NCBI GenBank assembly: GCA_965204455.1
Contig: CBDBEO010000004.1
Location: forward strand, 2,183,485-2,247,484
Reading direction: 5' to 3'
Source of the DNA: an uncultured Candidatus Binatia bacterium
GTDB lineage: Bacteria; Desulfobacterota; Binatia; Bin18
Length of the DNA stretch: 64,000 nt
Shown: positions 18,099 through 27,816 of the stretch, one piece after another
Layout of the letters: each line of letters opens with the position of its first letter
How positions within the stretch are numbered: position 1 is the first letter of the stretch
The notes under the pieces: generated by a model
Database searches by the model: none
What the model was told of the DNA's origin: nothing
What the model saw: the letters and a program-made list of their open reading frames with translations, nothing else
Position numbers and translations under genes: made by a program

Positions 18099-18578
18099 AT
18101 GAAACAGCTCCGTGTCATCACCGATAAATGCACGGGCTGCGTGCAGTGCGAGCTGGCATGCGCGTTTGTCCAAACCGGTACGTTCCAACCATCCCGGTCC
18201 GTGATCCGGGTCCACATCTTTGATGAGCAGGCTGTCTACTCGCCGTATACCTGCTTTCAGTGCGAAGAAGCCTGGTGTCTGACCGCCTGCCCGGTCAACG
18301 CGATTGCCATCGATCCCAACACCGAAGCCAAGGTCGTGATGGACGATGTGTGTGTCGGCTGCGCGGTGTGTACGGTGGCCTGCCCGTATGGCACGGTTTT
18401 CTATAATCCCGACACCCACAAGGCGTTCAAGTGTGACCTGTGCGGTGGCGAGCCGGCCTGCGTGCACTCGTGCCCGACCGGCGCCCTCGAATATGTTGAT
18501 ATGGAACAGGCCGACTGGCTGGCCAGCTGGGCAGACCGGGTCAATCACGGCTTTGTGAATGAACCGGCTGACAAATAA
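18099..18578 (+). CDS. 4Fe-4S ferredoxin-type electron-transfer subunit (AorA-like)
   Basis: Multiple CxxCxxCxxxCP motifs. 11 nt upstream of the second AOR gene. Confidence 0.85.
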   Translation: MKQLRVITDKCTGCVQCELACAFVQTGTFQPSRSVIRVHIFDEQAVYSPYTCFQCEEAWCLTACPVNAIAIDPNTEAKVVMDDVCVGCAVCTVACPYGTVFYNPDTHKAFKCDLCGGEPACVHSCPTGALEYVDMEQADWLASWADRVNHGFVNEPADK

Positions 18579-18589
18579 GGAGACGACCT

Positions 18590-20437
18590 ATGGCAAACGG
18601 ATGGACAGGCACGGTGCTGCGTATCAACCTGACGGAGCGGACCATTGCCAAAGAGCCGCTGAACGAACAGTGGGCCAAAGAGTATGTGGGCGGCCGTGGG
18701 CTCGGCGCCAGATATCTGACCGAGGAAGTGGACCCGACGGTCGACGCGCTCGACCCGGACAACAAGCTGCTGTTTGTGACCGGACCCCTGACCGGAACCA
18801 GCGCCTCGTGCGGCTCGCGCTACATGGTCGTCACCAAGGGGCCGCTGACCAACGCGATTACGACCTCGAATTCGGGCGGCTACTGGGGGCCGGAACTCAA
18901 GTTTGCCGGCTATGACATGCTGATTCTCGAAGGTCGGGCGTCGTCGCCGTGCTATCTGTGGATCTATGACGATGGGGTCGAACTCCGGGATGCCGGCGAG
19001 CTGTGGGGCAAAACGGTCTGGGAGACCGAGGAAGCCCTGCGCGCCGAACTGGGCGTGCCCGACACGATTATCGCCAGCATCGGTCCGGCCGGCGAGAACC
19101 TGGTCCGCTTTGCCTGCATCATGAACGATCTGCACCGGGCGGCCGGCCGCTCTGGGGTCGGCGCGGTCATGGGCTCAAAAAACCTCAAGGCGATTGCCGT
19201 GCGGGGGACCGGTGGGGTCAGCCTGGCCGACCCGCTGGCCTTCATGCAGGGCATGTGGACGATGAAGGAAAAGCTGCGCGAGTCGCCGGTCACCTCCCAG
19301 GGCTTGCCGATGTACGGCACCGAGGTTCTGGTCAATGTGATCAACGAACACGGCGCCCTGCCGACCCGCAACCACCAGCAGTCGGTGTTTGAAGAGGCCG
19401 AAGACATCAGCGGCGAGACGCTGACCGAAACACGGCTGGTGGCCAATAAGGCGTGCTTTTCGTGCGCGATTGCGTGTGGCCGGGTGTCCACCCTGCCGGG
19501 CGAGGCGTCGAGCAAGTACGAGGTCAGCACCAGCCCGCGGAACTGGAAGATTGCCGGCGAGGGACCCGAGTATGAGGCTGCCTGGGCCATGGGCTCGGAG
19601 TGCGGGATCGGCGATCTGGACGCCCTGATCAAGGCCAACTGGTTGTGCAACGATCTGGGCATGGACTCGATCAGCTTTGGCGCCACCGTGGCCGCAGCCA
19701 TGGAGCTGTACGAAAAGCAGGCCGTGTCGCTCGACCAGACCGAGATCCCGCTGGATTTCGGCAGTTCCGAGGCGCTGCTGAGCATGGCCGAGCGGATCGC
19801 CTATCGCCGGGGGTTTGGCACCGAGCTGGCCGAGGGCTCCAAACGCATGACCGAGAAGTTCGGGCATCCCGAGTTCTTCATGGGCGTGCGCGGTCAGGAG
19901 TTTGCCGCCTATGAAGCCCGCGCGATTCAGGGCATGGGCCTGGGCTATGCGACCTCGAACCGGGGCGCGTGTCATCTGAAGGCGTACACGGTGGCGGCCG
20001 AGATTCTGGGCCTGCCGCGTCAGATGGACCCCAACGAAACCGAGGGCAAGGCCGAGATCACCAAGCTGTTTCAGGATGCCACCTCGACGGTCGATGCCAC
20101 CGGGCTGTGCCAGTTCCTGACCTTTGGCGTAGGGCTGGAGGAAATGCTGCCCCAGCTGGCCGCAGCGACCGGGGTGGATTTCAAGCTGGAAGAGCTGCTG
20201 ACCATTGGCGAGCGGATCTGGAATCTGGAGCGGCGCTGGAATGAGCGGGCCGGCGTGGGCGGCACCGCGGATACCCTGCCCAAGCGCATTCTGGAGGAAC
20301 CGCTGCCGTCCGGCCCGGCCAAGGGCAAGGTCAACCGTCTGGGCGAGATGCTGCCCGAGTACTATGCGCTGCGCGGCTGGGACAAAGACGGCAATGTGAC
20401 GCCGGAGAAGCTGAAGGAGTTGGGCTTGGACGAATAA
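18590..20437 (+). CDS. aldehyde:ferredoxin oxidoreductase (tungsten AOR family, AorB-like)
   Basis: 615 aa. GGRGLGARYL and GAVMGSKNLKAIAVRG motifs. Paralogue of the gene at 14142. Confidence 0.9.
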   Translation: MANGWTGTVLRINLTERTIAKEPLNEQWAKEYVGGRGLGARYLTEEVDPTVDALDPDNKLLFVTGPLTGTSASCGSRYMVVTKGPLTNAITTSNSGGYWGPELKFAGYDMLILEGRASSPCYLWIYDDGVELRDAGELWGKTVWETEEALRAELGVPDTIIASIGPAGENLVRFACIMNDLHRAAGRSGVGAVMGSKNLKAIAVRGTGGVSLADPLAFMQGMWTMKEKLRESPVTSQGLPMYGTEVLVNVINEHGALPTRNHQQSVFEEAEDISGETLTETRLVANKACFSCAIACGRVSTLPGEASSKYEVSTSPRNWKIAGEGPEYEAAWAMGSECGIGDLDALIKANWLCNDLGMDSISFGATVAAAMELYEKQAVSLDQTEIPLDFGSSEALLSMAERIAYRRGFGTELAEGSKRMTEKFGHPEFFMGVRGQEFAAYEARAIQGMGLGYATSNRGACHLKAYTVAAEILGLPRQMDPNETEGKAEITKLFQDATSTVDATGLCQFLTFGVGLEEMLPQLAAATGVDFKLEELLTIGERIWNLERRWNERAGVGGTADTLPKRILEEPLPSGPAKGKVNRLGEMLPEYYALRGWDKDGNVTPEKLKELGLDE

Positions 20438-20489
20438 GGCGAGCGCTGCTGACTACTCATCAGGAAGAGAGCAGCGTTCACCTGGGGGA

Positions 20490-21950
20490 TTGAGCATGGC
20501 ACAACATATCATTATTGGCGCGGGTCCGGCCGGCGTGGCGGCGGCCGAAACCATTCGGGCTCACGATGCCGACGCATCGGTGAGCCTGATTTCCAACGAA
20601 CCGGCCTACTCGCGGATGGTGCTGCCGTATTATCTGGCCCAGGAAATCCCGGAAAAACACGTCTTGACCGGTGACCGGGACTATTTTGCCGAGCGGAACA
20701 TCGAGGCCCTGTTCGACACTGCGGTCAGCCGGGTTGACGGCGGACAAAAAACCATCACCCTCAGCGATGGCACGACCCGCGCGTTTGACAGCCTGCTGAT
20801 CGCGACCGGCTCATCCGCCCAACAGCCGCCGATTCCGGGCAGTGATCTGGAGGGAGTGTACGCGTTCTGGACCCTGGACGACGCCCAGAAGGTCATCGCC
20901 AAAGCCCAGGCCACGCCCAGCGCGGTGCTTATTGGCGCGGGCTTCATCGGTTTTATTGTCCTGAACGCCATGGCCAAGCTGAACTGGAAGCTGTCGGTAG
21001 TTGAGGCGGAAAACCAGGTCCTGCCGCGCATGCTCGACGCGACCGGGGCGGGGGCGGTTGAGGGTTGGCTCACGGCTCGTGATATCGCCGTCCATACCGC
21101 GACCCAGGTGCAGGAGATCCGGCCCAGCGCTGACGGGAAACTGTCGCTGGCCCTCAGTTCGGGACAGACGCTTGAGGCTGATCTTGTCATCATGGCCACC
21201 GGTATCCGGCCCAATAGTGATTTTCTGGCCGGTTCGGGGGTCAATGTCGAACCCGGCGGGATTCCGGTTGACGACCGGATGCAGACCAATGTCCCGGGCA
21301 TTTATGCGGCTGGTGACGTGGCGATTGGCCCGGATATCCTGGCCGGCCGTACCGCGTCCGACACTGCCGCCTCTGCCCACGCCATCCAGCCCACCGCAGT
21401 TGACCATGGGCGGATTGCCGGGGCCAATATGGCCGGCCACGAGACCCATTATCCGGGCAGCCTGCTGCTGAACGTCCTGGACGTGGTCAATCTGCACTGC
21501 GCCAGCTTTGGCCTGTGGCGGGACGAGGGCCACGACACCACGACGGTGTTCAATGCCAGCCGGCCGATCTACCGCAAATATGTGTGGCACGAAGACCGCC
21601 TCGTTGGCGCCCTGTTCGTCGGGCCGATTGACGACGTGACGATGCTGAACGATGTGGGCATGGTCAAGGGCCTGATTCAGACCCAGCAGCCCTTGGGCGA
21701 CTGGGCGGCCTATATCAAGGCGAATCCGACCGATGTGCGTCGCGCCTATGTGGCCAGCGGAGCCGCCCAGGCGCTGATCGGACGGACGCTGTTAGGCGCG
21801 CCGGCCCGCGACCGGGCCTATCGGGTTGACGGCAAAACGCCGCCGGCCTGGGATAAAACCGCCACCCACGGGCCGCTGGTCAGCACCCAGTCCGAGCACT
21901 ACCGCGAGCTGGACCCGACGCCGACCCCGGGGATCGGAAAGGCCGAGTGA
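20490..21950 (+). CDS. FAD/NAD(P)-binding pyridine nucleotide-disulfide oxidoreductase (AorC-like)
   Basis: IIGAGPAGVAAAE and AAGDVA Rossmann/FAD motifs. Same gene order as the NAD-linked AorABC complexes. Confidence 0.8.
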   Translation: MSMAQHIIIGAGPAGVAAAETIRAHDADASVSLISNEPAYSRMVLPYYLAQEIPEKHVLTGDRDYFAERNIEALFDTAVSRVDGGQKTITLSDGTTRAFDSLLIATGSSAQQPPIPGSDLEGVYAFWTLDDAQKVIAKAQATPSAVLIGAGFIGFIVLNAMAKLNWKLSVVEAENQVLPRMLDATGAGAVEGWLTARDIAVHTATQVQEIRPSADGKLSLALSSGQTLEADLVIMATGIRPNSDFLAGSGVNVEPGGIPVDDRMQTNVPGIYAAGDVAIGPDILAGRTASDTAASAHAIQPTAVDHGRIAGANMAGHETHYPGSLLLNVLDVVNLHCASFGLWRDEGHDTTTVFNASRPIYRKYVWHEDRLVGALFVGPIDDVTMLNDVGMVKGLIQTQQPLGDWAAYIKANPTDVRRAYVASGAAQALIGRTLLGAPARDRAYRVDGKTPPAWDKTATHGPLVSTQSEHYRELDPTPTPGIGKAE

Positions 21951-22198
21951 TGGAAGTCAGGCTCAGGCTGTTTGCCACCCTGCGCAAAAAGCTGCCGCCC
22001 GGCTCCAAGGCCGGCAAGGCCGTCCTGACGCTTGATCAGGACGCCACCATCCGGGACGTGATCCAACAGCTGGATATCCCGGAGGATCTGGCCCAGATGG
22101 TGCTGGTCAACGGCGAACAGACCCGCGAGTTCGATCAGGTCTTGGCCGACGGCGACAGCCTGAGCATTTTTCCGCCGGTAGCCGGCGGAAGCGGGTAA
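21950..22198 (+). CDS. MoaD/ThiS-family protein with C-terminal GG followed by Ser-Gly (..PPVAGGSG*)
   Basis: ATG overlaps the upstream TGA (TGATG). MoaD-like beta-grasp sequence. Carries a 2-residue extension after Gly-Gly. Confidence 0.7.
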   Translation: MEVRLRLFATLRKKLPPGSKAGKAVLTLDQDATIRDVIQQLDIPEDLAQMVLVNGEQTREFDQVLADGDSLSIFPPVAGGSG

Positions 22199-22211
22199 AA
22201 CGTCCCGTACG

Positions 22212-22784
22212 ATGGAGTTCTCAATGCAAACCGTGCCGCAGCCTGGTATCGCCACCCTCGAGGATCTGTACCGCGTGCCTGAGCATGGCAAAGCCGAGCT
22301 GGTAAACGGAGAGCTGAGATACATGGCACCCACAGGTGACGAGCCAGGCTATGCCAGTGACGAGATCTTTGTGTCGTTACGCGCCTATGCGAGACGGGTT
22401 GGTCGGGGCCGGGCGGTGAGTGATAACAAGGGCTTCCGCGTCAACCTTCCCCATCGCCAATCGTTCAGCCCTGATGCCGCCTACTACACCGGTCCACGCG
22501 CGGGGATGCGGTTTTTTGACGGAGCGCCTGTTTTCGCGGTTGAAGTCCGTAGCGAGAATGACTATGAGCCCCAGGCCGAAATGGACATGGCGGCCAAACG
22601 GGCCGATTATTTCGCCGCCGGAACACTCGTGGTCTGGAATGTTGATCTGCTGAGTGACACCGTGGTCCGGGTCTACCGCTCCAGCAATCCTGACACGCCG
22701 AGTTCCTATCGCCGGGGCGAGACCGCCGAAGCCGAGCCTGCCGTTCCCGGTTGGACAATGGCGGTCGACGATCTCTTTGTGTGA
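22212..22784 (+). CDS. Uma2-family (DUF820) putative restriction-endonuclease-like protein
   Basis: ...ELVNGEL...SPDAAYY...PVFAVEVRSEND...YFAAGTLVVWNVD pattern of the Uma2 family. Confidence 0.7.
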   Translation: MEFSMQTVPQPGIATLEDLYRVPEHGKAELVNGELRYMAPTGDEPGYASDEIFVSLRAYARRVGRGRAVSDNKGFRVNLPHRQSFSPDAAYYTGPRAGMRFFDGAPVFAVEVRSENDYEPQAEMDMAAKRADYFAAGTLVVWNVDLLSDTVVRVYRSSNPDTPSSYRRGETAEAEPAVPGWTMAVDDLFV

Positions 22785-22811
22785 GCCGTCCTCTCCGCTT
22801 CTGGCGAGCCC

Positions 22812-23768
22812 TCAGCTTTTTCTCTGTTTGGCCAGGCGGGCCATCGTCCCGAACAGGTCGGCAAAAGCCGGCGGAGTCGGGTCGCCGCTGAACTCCCGAT
22901 ACAGCGTATTGACATTGACCGCGATGCGCTCGGCGTCGCCCCAGGCCGAGTAATCGCCCAGCCCGATATCGTTTGCCGCTTCGGTCCACGACAGGCCGGC
23001 GTCATAGCGTTTGCGGGCCTCGGCCTCGATATACTGCAAATAGCCCTTGACCGCCTCCACCCCGCGCTTGTCGGTAATCGGTCCGTGGCCTGGCACGACC
23101 GTCTCGAGCTCAAGGCCAAGCATCAGGTCACAGGCTTTGATCCAGTTGGCGACCGGGCCGTTCCACATCAGGGGAGTGCCGTCGATAAAGAGAATATCGC
23201 CGGTAAAAATGGTCCGGTCGTCCGGGACATAGACCAGCACGTCGCCTCGGGTGTGGGCCGGACCGACCTGAATCAGACGCACCTCCTTGTCGCCGAGGTG
23301 GAGGTCGAGACGGCCCTCAAACGTCCGGGTGGGCAGCGTGGCGGTGATGCCCTCAAACTCGAACGGGCCGAGGATTTCGGACAGATAGGCGCCGAGTTCC
23401 CCCATGCTGGGGGCGGCCCGCATCATCTCGGCCAGCCGCTCGGGGGGCAACTCGCCCATCTCGTCGGCGCAGGCCTGCGAGGCGACGATCTCGGCGCCGC
23501 GGACCAGCTCGTTGCCAAAATAGTGGTCGCCGTTGGCGTGGGTGTTGACCAGGGTCTTGATCGAGGCGGCGGCCGGCACGGCGGCCCGCATGGTGTCGAG
23601 CATGTCCCGGGTCAGCCTCAGGTCAAATAAGGTATCGACCAGCAGCGATTGGTCCCCGCCGACAATCAGGCCGGCATTCCTCCAGCCCCACGAGCCGTCG
23701 GGCAGCAGATAGGCGTAGACCTGGTTACCTAGGTCGTGAAGTCCCTTGGTGTAATTCCATTGGGTCAT
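22812..23768 (-). CDS. MBL-fold metallo-hydrolase
   Basis: THANGDHYFGN (HxHxDH) motif. Confidence 0.8.
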   Translation of the reverse strand: MTQWNYTKGLHDLGNQVYAYLLPDGSWGWRNAGLIVGGDQSLLVDTLFDLRLTRDMLDTMRAAVPAAASIKTLVNTHANGDHYFGNELVRGAEIVASQACADEMGELPPERLAEMMRAAPSMGELGAYLSEILGPFEFEGITATLPTRTFEGRLDLHLGDKEVRLIQVGPAHTRGDVLVYVPDDRTIFTGDILFIDGTPLMWNGPVANWIKACDLMLGLELETVVPGHGPITDKRGVEAVKGYLQYIEAEARKRYDAGLSWTEAANDIGLGDYSAWGDAERIAVNVNTLYREFSGDPTPPAFADLFGTMARLAKQRKS

Positions 23769-23780
23769 GACCGGTCCTCC

Positions 23781-24557
23781 TCATGCCCCGGGTACCTTGC
23801 TGAAGTCGGGCTCACGCCGCTCAAAGAAGGCCGCAATCGCCTCGCGGTTGGCCGGGGCGCCGACCAGGTCTTTGTAGGCTTCCAGCTCGCGGGCGTGGGA
23901 TTCTTTGGCCACGGCCAGCCGGCCGCCGGCCAGCATGAGTTCCTTGGTGGCGATCAACGACGGAATCGGGTTGGCGGCAATATCCGTGGCCACGGCCAGG
24001 GCCTGTTCGATAAGCTGCTCAGGCTCGCAGACCTTCCACACATAGCCCGCCTCATGGGCGTCCTGGGCGCTCAACCATTTGCCCGACAGCAGGGTGTGGG
24101 CTGCGTTCTGCCAGCCCATGCGCAGCGGAAACAGGCCGCTGCTGCCGGCCTCGGGGGCCAGGCCAAGTTGGGGAAAGGGCGTGCGCAAACGGGCGGTGCT
24201 CGACATCAGCACCAGATCGCAGTGGGCCAGCATGGTCATGCCGATGCCCACGCCCACGCCGTTGACCGCCGCGATCAGCGGTTTGCGAAACGCGGTGAGC
24301 TGAGCCAGGAAGCCCGGAAACTGGTAGGTGCCGCCACCGCCGTCCAGCATGCGCTGCATCTCGGTCAGATCCTGTCCGGCCGAGAAGGCCCGTCCCGCGC
24401 CGGTGAGCAGGACAACCGCAACGCCCGCGTCCTGCTCGGCCTGTTTGAGGCTATCGTGCACGGCTTTATACAGGGCGTTGTTGAACGCGTTCATGAACTC
24501 GGGGCGGTTGAGGATGAGCGTGCGGACCCGACCGGCGTCTTCGATGGTGAGTTCCAT
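23781..24557 (-). CDS. enoyl-CoA hydratase/isomerase (crotonase) family protein
   Basis: VVLLTGAGRAFSAGQDL crotonase oxyanion-hole motif. Confidence 0.85.
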   Translation of the reverse strand: MELTIEDAGRVRTLILNRPEFMNAFNNALYKAVHDSLKQAEQDAGVAVVLLTGAGRAFSAGQDLTEMQRMLDGGGGTYQFPGFLAQLTAFRKPLIAAVNGVGVGIGMTMLAHCDLVLMSSTARLRTPFPQLGLAPEAGSSGLFPLRMGWQNAAHTLLSGKWLSAQDAHEAGYVWKVCEPEQLIEQALAVATDIAANPIPSLIATKELMLAGGRLAVAKESHARELEAYKDLVGAPANREAIAAFFERREPDFSKVPGA

Positions 24558-24589
24558 ACTCGGGGCTCCTTGCTGCTCGGGGTCGGGCG

Positions 24590-26332
24590 TCAGCGGGGAA
24601 TGATCGGCAGGACAATATGTGATGGCCGTGTTTCGTCGTGAAACACGCGCTGCAGGGCCGGCTCCAGACGGTCGGTCTCGGCACTGGCCTCTCCGGTCTG
24701 GGGATTGCGGTCAAAGCGGGGGAAGTTTGAGCTGGCGATCTCGACCCGGATACGGTGGCCGGCTTTGAACACATTGCTGGTGGACCACAGGTCAATGGTA
24801 TACGTGTACACCTCTCCGGGCGTGAGGAGTGTTGCGCGTTCCCGCGTCTCTCGGTAGCGGCCGCGGATAATGCCATCGGTCAGATTCCGGGCATAGCCGT
24901 CGGGATGGACATCGACCAGCTTGGCGGTGAAGTCGGCATCGGGCGCGCTGCTGGCCGCGTACAGCTGCACACTGACCGGACCGGTGACCTCGACAGCGTG
25001 TTCCAGCACCGGTGTGGTATAGACCAGCACGTCCGAGCGCTCTTCAACCGGACGTTGGTCAAAGGCACCGCCCGGCACTGCGGCCGGCCAGCAACACAGA
25101 CCGCCGCCCTTGGTAGGCACCGGGTTGCGGGGATCCGAAACGTAGACATCGGCCGGCTCGCTGCGGGGTTGCTCGGGACCCAGGGTGCCGTTGCCGCGCA
25201 GGCTTTTGGCGTCACCCTGGCTGTGGAAGTAGTACGGGGTGTACCGGGTACGGGCCAGCGGCCATTCGTCCTCGGTCCGCCAGGCGTTCTCGCCCATGAC
25301 AAAAAGCCGTACCGGCGGCTCTTCCAGCAGGCCGTTTTGCTTGCCCTTCAGCCAGTAGTCAAACCATTTGAGGTGCAGGCCGTCGAGATCAACCGCCAGC
25401 GAGGTGCTGGCCAAGCCGTAGTTGACCTCGCCGACCATGTTGTTCAGCGGCAAGGTGTGATGCCACGGGCCGATGATGAGCTTCTGTCCCTGCCGGGCGT
25501 CCGCACTGCCGCCCCGCTCGCGCATGCCCAGGTAGTTGCGGATTGTGCCGCCCAGGAAAATATCGTACCAGCCGCCAACATTGCAGGCCGGGACCGTGAC
25601 TGCGTGATGCTGGGCTTCGATATTCCAGGCCGCCCAGTATTCATCGTCGTCCGGGTGGGCCAGCCAGTCGTAGAAATAGCCTGCGGCCTGGCCGAACAGG
25701 GGAAAGTCTTTGAGCGGCAGATGACGGAACCAGTGGCACATGTCGTCAATGCCGGCCACCATCTTGCCCATGTCCTCGGCCGCTTCGGGGGTGGTCCGGG
25801 CCAGGCGCTGGTAGGTGTCGGAGGCGAGACTGATCATTGTCCAGCTCTCGTTAAAGCCGAGGGCGAACGCCCCGCCCTGATAGGTCCAGCCTTCGTGGTA
25901 GTGCGAAGCGGTAATCAGGGGGAAAATCGCTTTGAGATGCGGCGGGGTGGTGATGGCTGCCAGCCACTGTGTGGCGCCGACATACGAGGCGCCGTACATG
26001 CCGACCTGACCGTCCGACCAGGGCTGGACGGCACACCACTCAACCGTGTCGTAGCCGTCATTGACATCGTCCCGAAAGGTATAAAACGTGCCCTCCGAGG
26101 TATAGCGGCCGCGCGAGTCCTGAATGACGACGGCATAGCCCTCGCCCGCAGTGCGGAGCACGTCGAGCATCAGCATGCCGATGCTGGTGAGACCCTTATC
26201 GTAGGGCGTGCGTTGCAGGATGACCGGATAGCGGCCGGCTGCGGCCGGACGATAGACATCGGCGTACAGGACAACCCCGTCGCGCATCGGCACGGGAACA
26301 TTTTTTTCGATCACAATCGTTGGCTCACCCAT
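24590..26332 (-). CDS. CocE/NonD-family alpha/beta hydrolase (X-Pro dipeptidyl-peptidase S15 fold)
   Basis: 580 aa. PVILQRTPYDK...MYGASYVG (GxSYxG nucleophile) and C-terminal beta-sandwich. Confidence 0.8.
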   Translation of the reverse strand: MGEPTIVIEKNVPVPMRDGVVLYADVYRPAAAGRYPVILQRTPYDKGLTSIGMLMLDVLRTAGEGYAVVIQDSRGRYTSEGTFYTFRDDVNDGYDTVEWCAVQPWSDGQVGMYGASYVGATQWLAAITTPPHLKAIFPLITASHYHEGWTYQGGAFALGFNESWTMISLASDTYQRLARTTPEAAEDMGKMVAGIDDMCHWFRHLPLKDFPLFGQAAGYFYDWLAHPDDDEYWAAWNIEAQHHAVTVPACNVGGWYDIFLGGTIRNYLGMRERGGSADARQGQKLIIGPWHHTLPLNNMVGEVNYGLASTSLAVDLDGLHLKWFDYWLKGKQNGLLEEPPVRLFVMGENAWRTEDEWPLARTRYTPYYFHSQGDAKSLRGNGTLGPEQPRSEPADVYVSDPRNPVPTKGGGLCCWPAAVPGGAFDQRPVEERSDVLVYTTPVLEHAVEVTGPVSVQLYAASSAPDADFTAKLVDVHPDGYARNLTDGIIRGRYRETRERATLLTPGEVYTYTIDLWSTSNVFKAGHRIRVEIASSNFPRFDRNPQTGEASAETDRLEPALQRVFHDETRPSHIVLPIIPR

Positions 26333-26467
26333 GGCGTGTGCTCCTTATGTGTGGCGTGCTGACCGTATCGACAGAAAGGGACGACGCCGTCGAGCATACG
26401 CCCCCACCCCCGCCTCTGCAACGCCGCCGCGTTTGCGGCAGTCCTGGGACGTGCTATAGCAGCCGGG

Positions 26468-27217
26468 GTGCTGCGTGAATTCCTGATCGCCCTCCAATTC
26501 CTGACCTGCGTCCATTTCGTCCGTCCACCGGTGCTTGAGCCCGGCCGCTTTGGTCGGTCGGGCGTCTTTTTCCCGCTGGTCGGTCTGCTGCTCGGCGTCG
26601 CGGTCTGGAGCGTGGACAGTGGGTTGCGGCCGGTGCTGCCGCTCGGCCTGCTGAGCGTGGTCCTCGTCGCACTCCTGGCCATATTGGGTCGCGGCTTGCA
26701 GTTGCGAGGCGTGGCGGCCAGTGCGGTTGGCCTGCTGGGTCACAAACCGCGGGCGGCCCGTCTGGCCGATATGCAAGACCGCCCCTGGGGTGTCGTGGGG
26801 ATAGCGGCTCTGGCGGCTATCCTTGTCCTGAAAGTCGTGGCACTGGCCTGTCTTGATACCGGCTACCGCGGGGCGGCCGTGCTGCTGAGCCCGATGCTGG
26901 GTCGCTGGGCGTGTGTGGTGATGGCCTACAGCTCGCGTCCCGCCCGCAACCACGGGCTGGGTGCCGCGTTCATGCAGGACCTTGGGTTTCGGGAGTTTGG
27001 CACGGCCAGCGTGATAACGCTGATCCTGATGTTGAGCCTGGTGGAAGTGGGCGGCCTGCTTATCTTCCTGGGGCTGGCAAGCCTCATGATCGGCTGGATC
27101 TTATACTGTAACCGGCGCTTGGACGGAGTGACCGGAGATGTGATCGGCGCGCTGGGCGAAATCGTTGAAACCGGGGCGGTGTGTCTGTTTGCGGTGCTGG
27201 AGAGCGTGGTCGGGTGA
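26468..27217 (+). CDS. cobS: adenosylcobinamide-GDP ribazoletransferase (cobalamin synthase CobS)
   Basis: LQFLT...FPLVGLLLG... multi-TM CobS pattern. Confidence 0.75.
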   Translation: MLREFLIALQFLTCVHFVRPPVLEPGRFGRSGVFFPLVGLLLGVAVWSVDSGLRPVLPLGLLSVVLVALLAILGRGLQLRGVAASAVGLLGHKPRAARLADMQDRPWGVVGIAALAAILVLKVVALACLDTGYRGAAVLLSPMLGRWACVVMAYSSRPARNHGLGAAFMQDLGFREFGTASVITLILMLSLVEVGGLLIFLGLASLMIGWILYCNRRLDGVTGDVIGALGEIVETGAVCLFAVLESVVG

Positions 27218-27275
27218 GAGTAACGCCTGAGGCGTATCAGGATAAGCGGGGTGCCAGACACCCCGCTCAGCGGGT

Positions 27276-27668
27276 TTACCCGGCGGGCTGGACCATTTCG
27301 GGCTGAGAGAGACTGGGCTGAACAGGGATGCCCCGACCCACCTCAATCTCGGTGACGTCCTGCTGCTGGAGGAGCAATTGCTTCTCTCTCCACTCTTGCA
27401 GGGCTTCACGCATCCGACCGGGGTGGATGCCAAGGATGTCGCAGATATTCTCAAACGAGAAAAACCAGTGCGTGTCGGTCGACTCGATCCATTCCTGAGC
27501 CTCTTGGAACAGACGGCGCTCGTGCGGTTTGCGGGCCAACAGATAGGTCTGGAAACAATGCACCGCATCCTCCAGCATGGCCAACAACAGGCGTTTTTCT
27601 CCCTGCAAAGGCTTTCTGCCCAGAATACTGAAGAACTGTTCTGGGAGAAGGGTATCCGGCTCGAACAT
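27276..27668 (-). CDS. hypothetical protein, divergent from the LysR regulator gene
   Basis: ORF with plausible Met start MFEPD.... No recognisable domain. Confidence 0.4.
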   Translation of the reverse strand: MFEPDTLLPEQFFSILGRKPLQGEKRLLLAMLEDAVHCFQTYLLARKPHERRLFQEAQEWIESTDTHWFFSFENICDILGIHPGRMREALQEWREKQLLLQQQDVTEIEVGRGIPVQPSLSQPEMVQPAG

Positions 27669-27781
27669 AATTCCTCTCCTTACCGCAGCGCTATGCATGA
27701 AGAACTGCACCCCGCTGCCACATGTATAAATTGGTTATGGACTGGTATGAGGTGGCACCCTAACGAAATTCGAGCTATAAG

Positions 27782-27800
27782 TAAAGTGAAAAAAACTTTA
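27782..27800. promoter_or_regulatory. putative LysR-type binding site (dyad TAAAG-N9-CTTTA) in the divergent intergenic region
   Basis: taaagtgaaaaaaacttta, in an AT-rich region 17 nt upstream of the lysR ATG. Confidence 0.45.
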
Positions 27801-27816
27801 TCACATTATTAGAAAC

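Noticed and set aside
19175-19975. 266-aa minus ORF
   Set aside because: Antisense to the second AOR gene.
24755-26362. 535-aa plus ORF
   Set aside because: Antisense to the CocE/NonD hydrolase gene.
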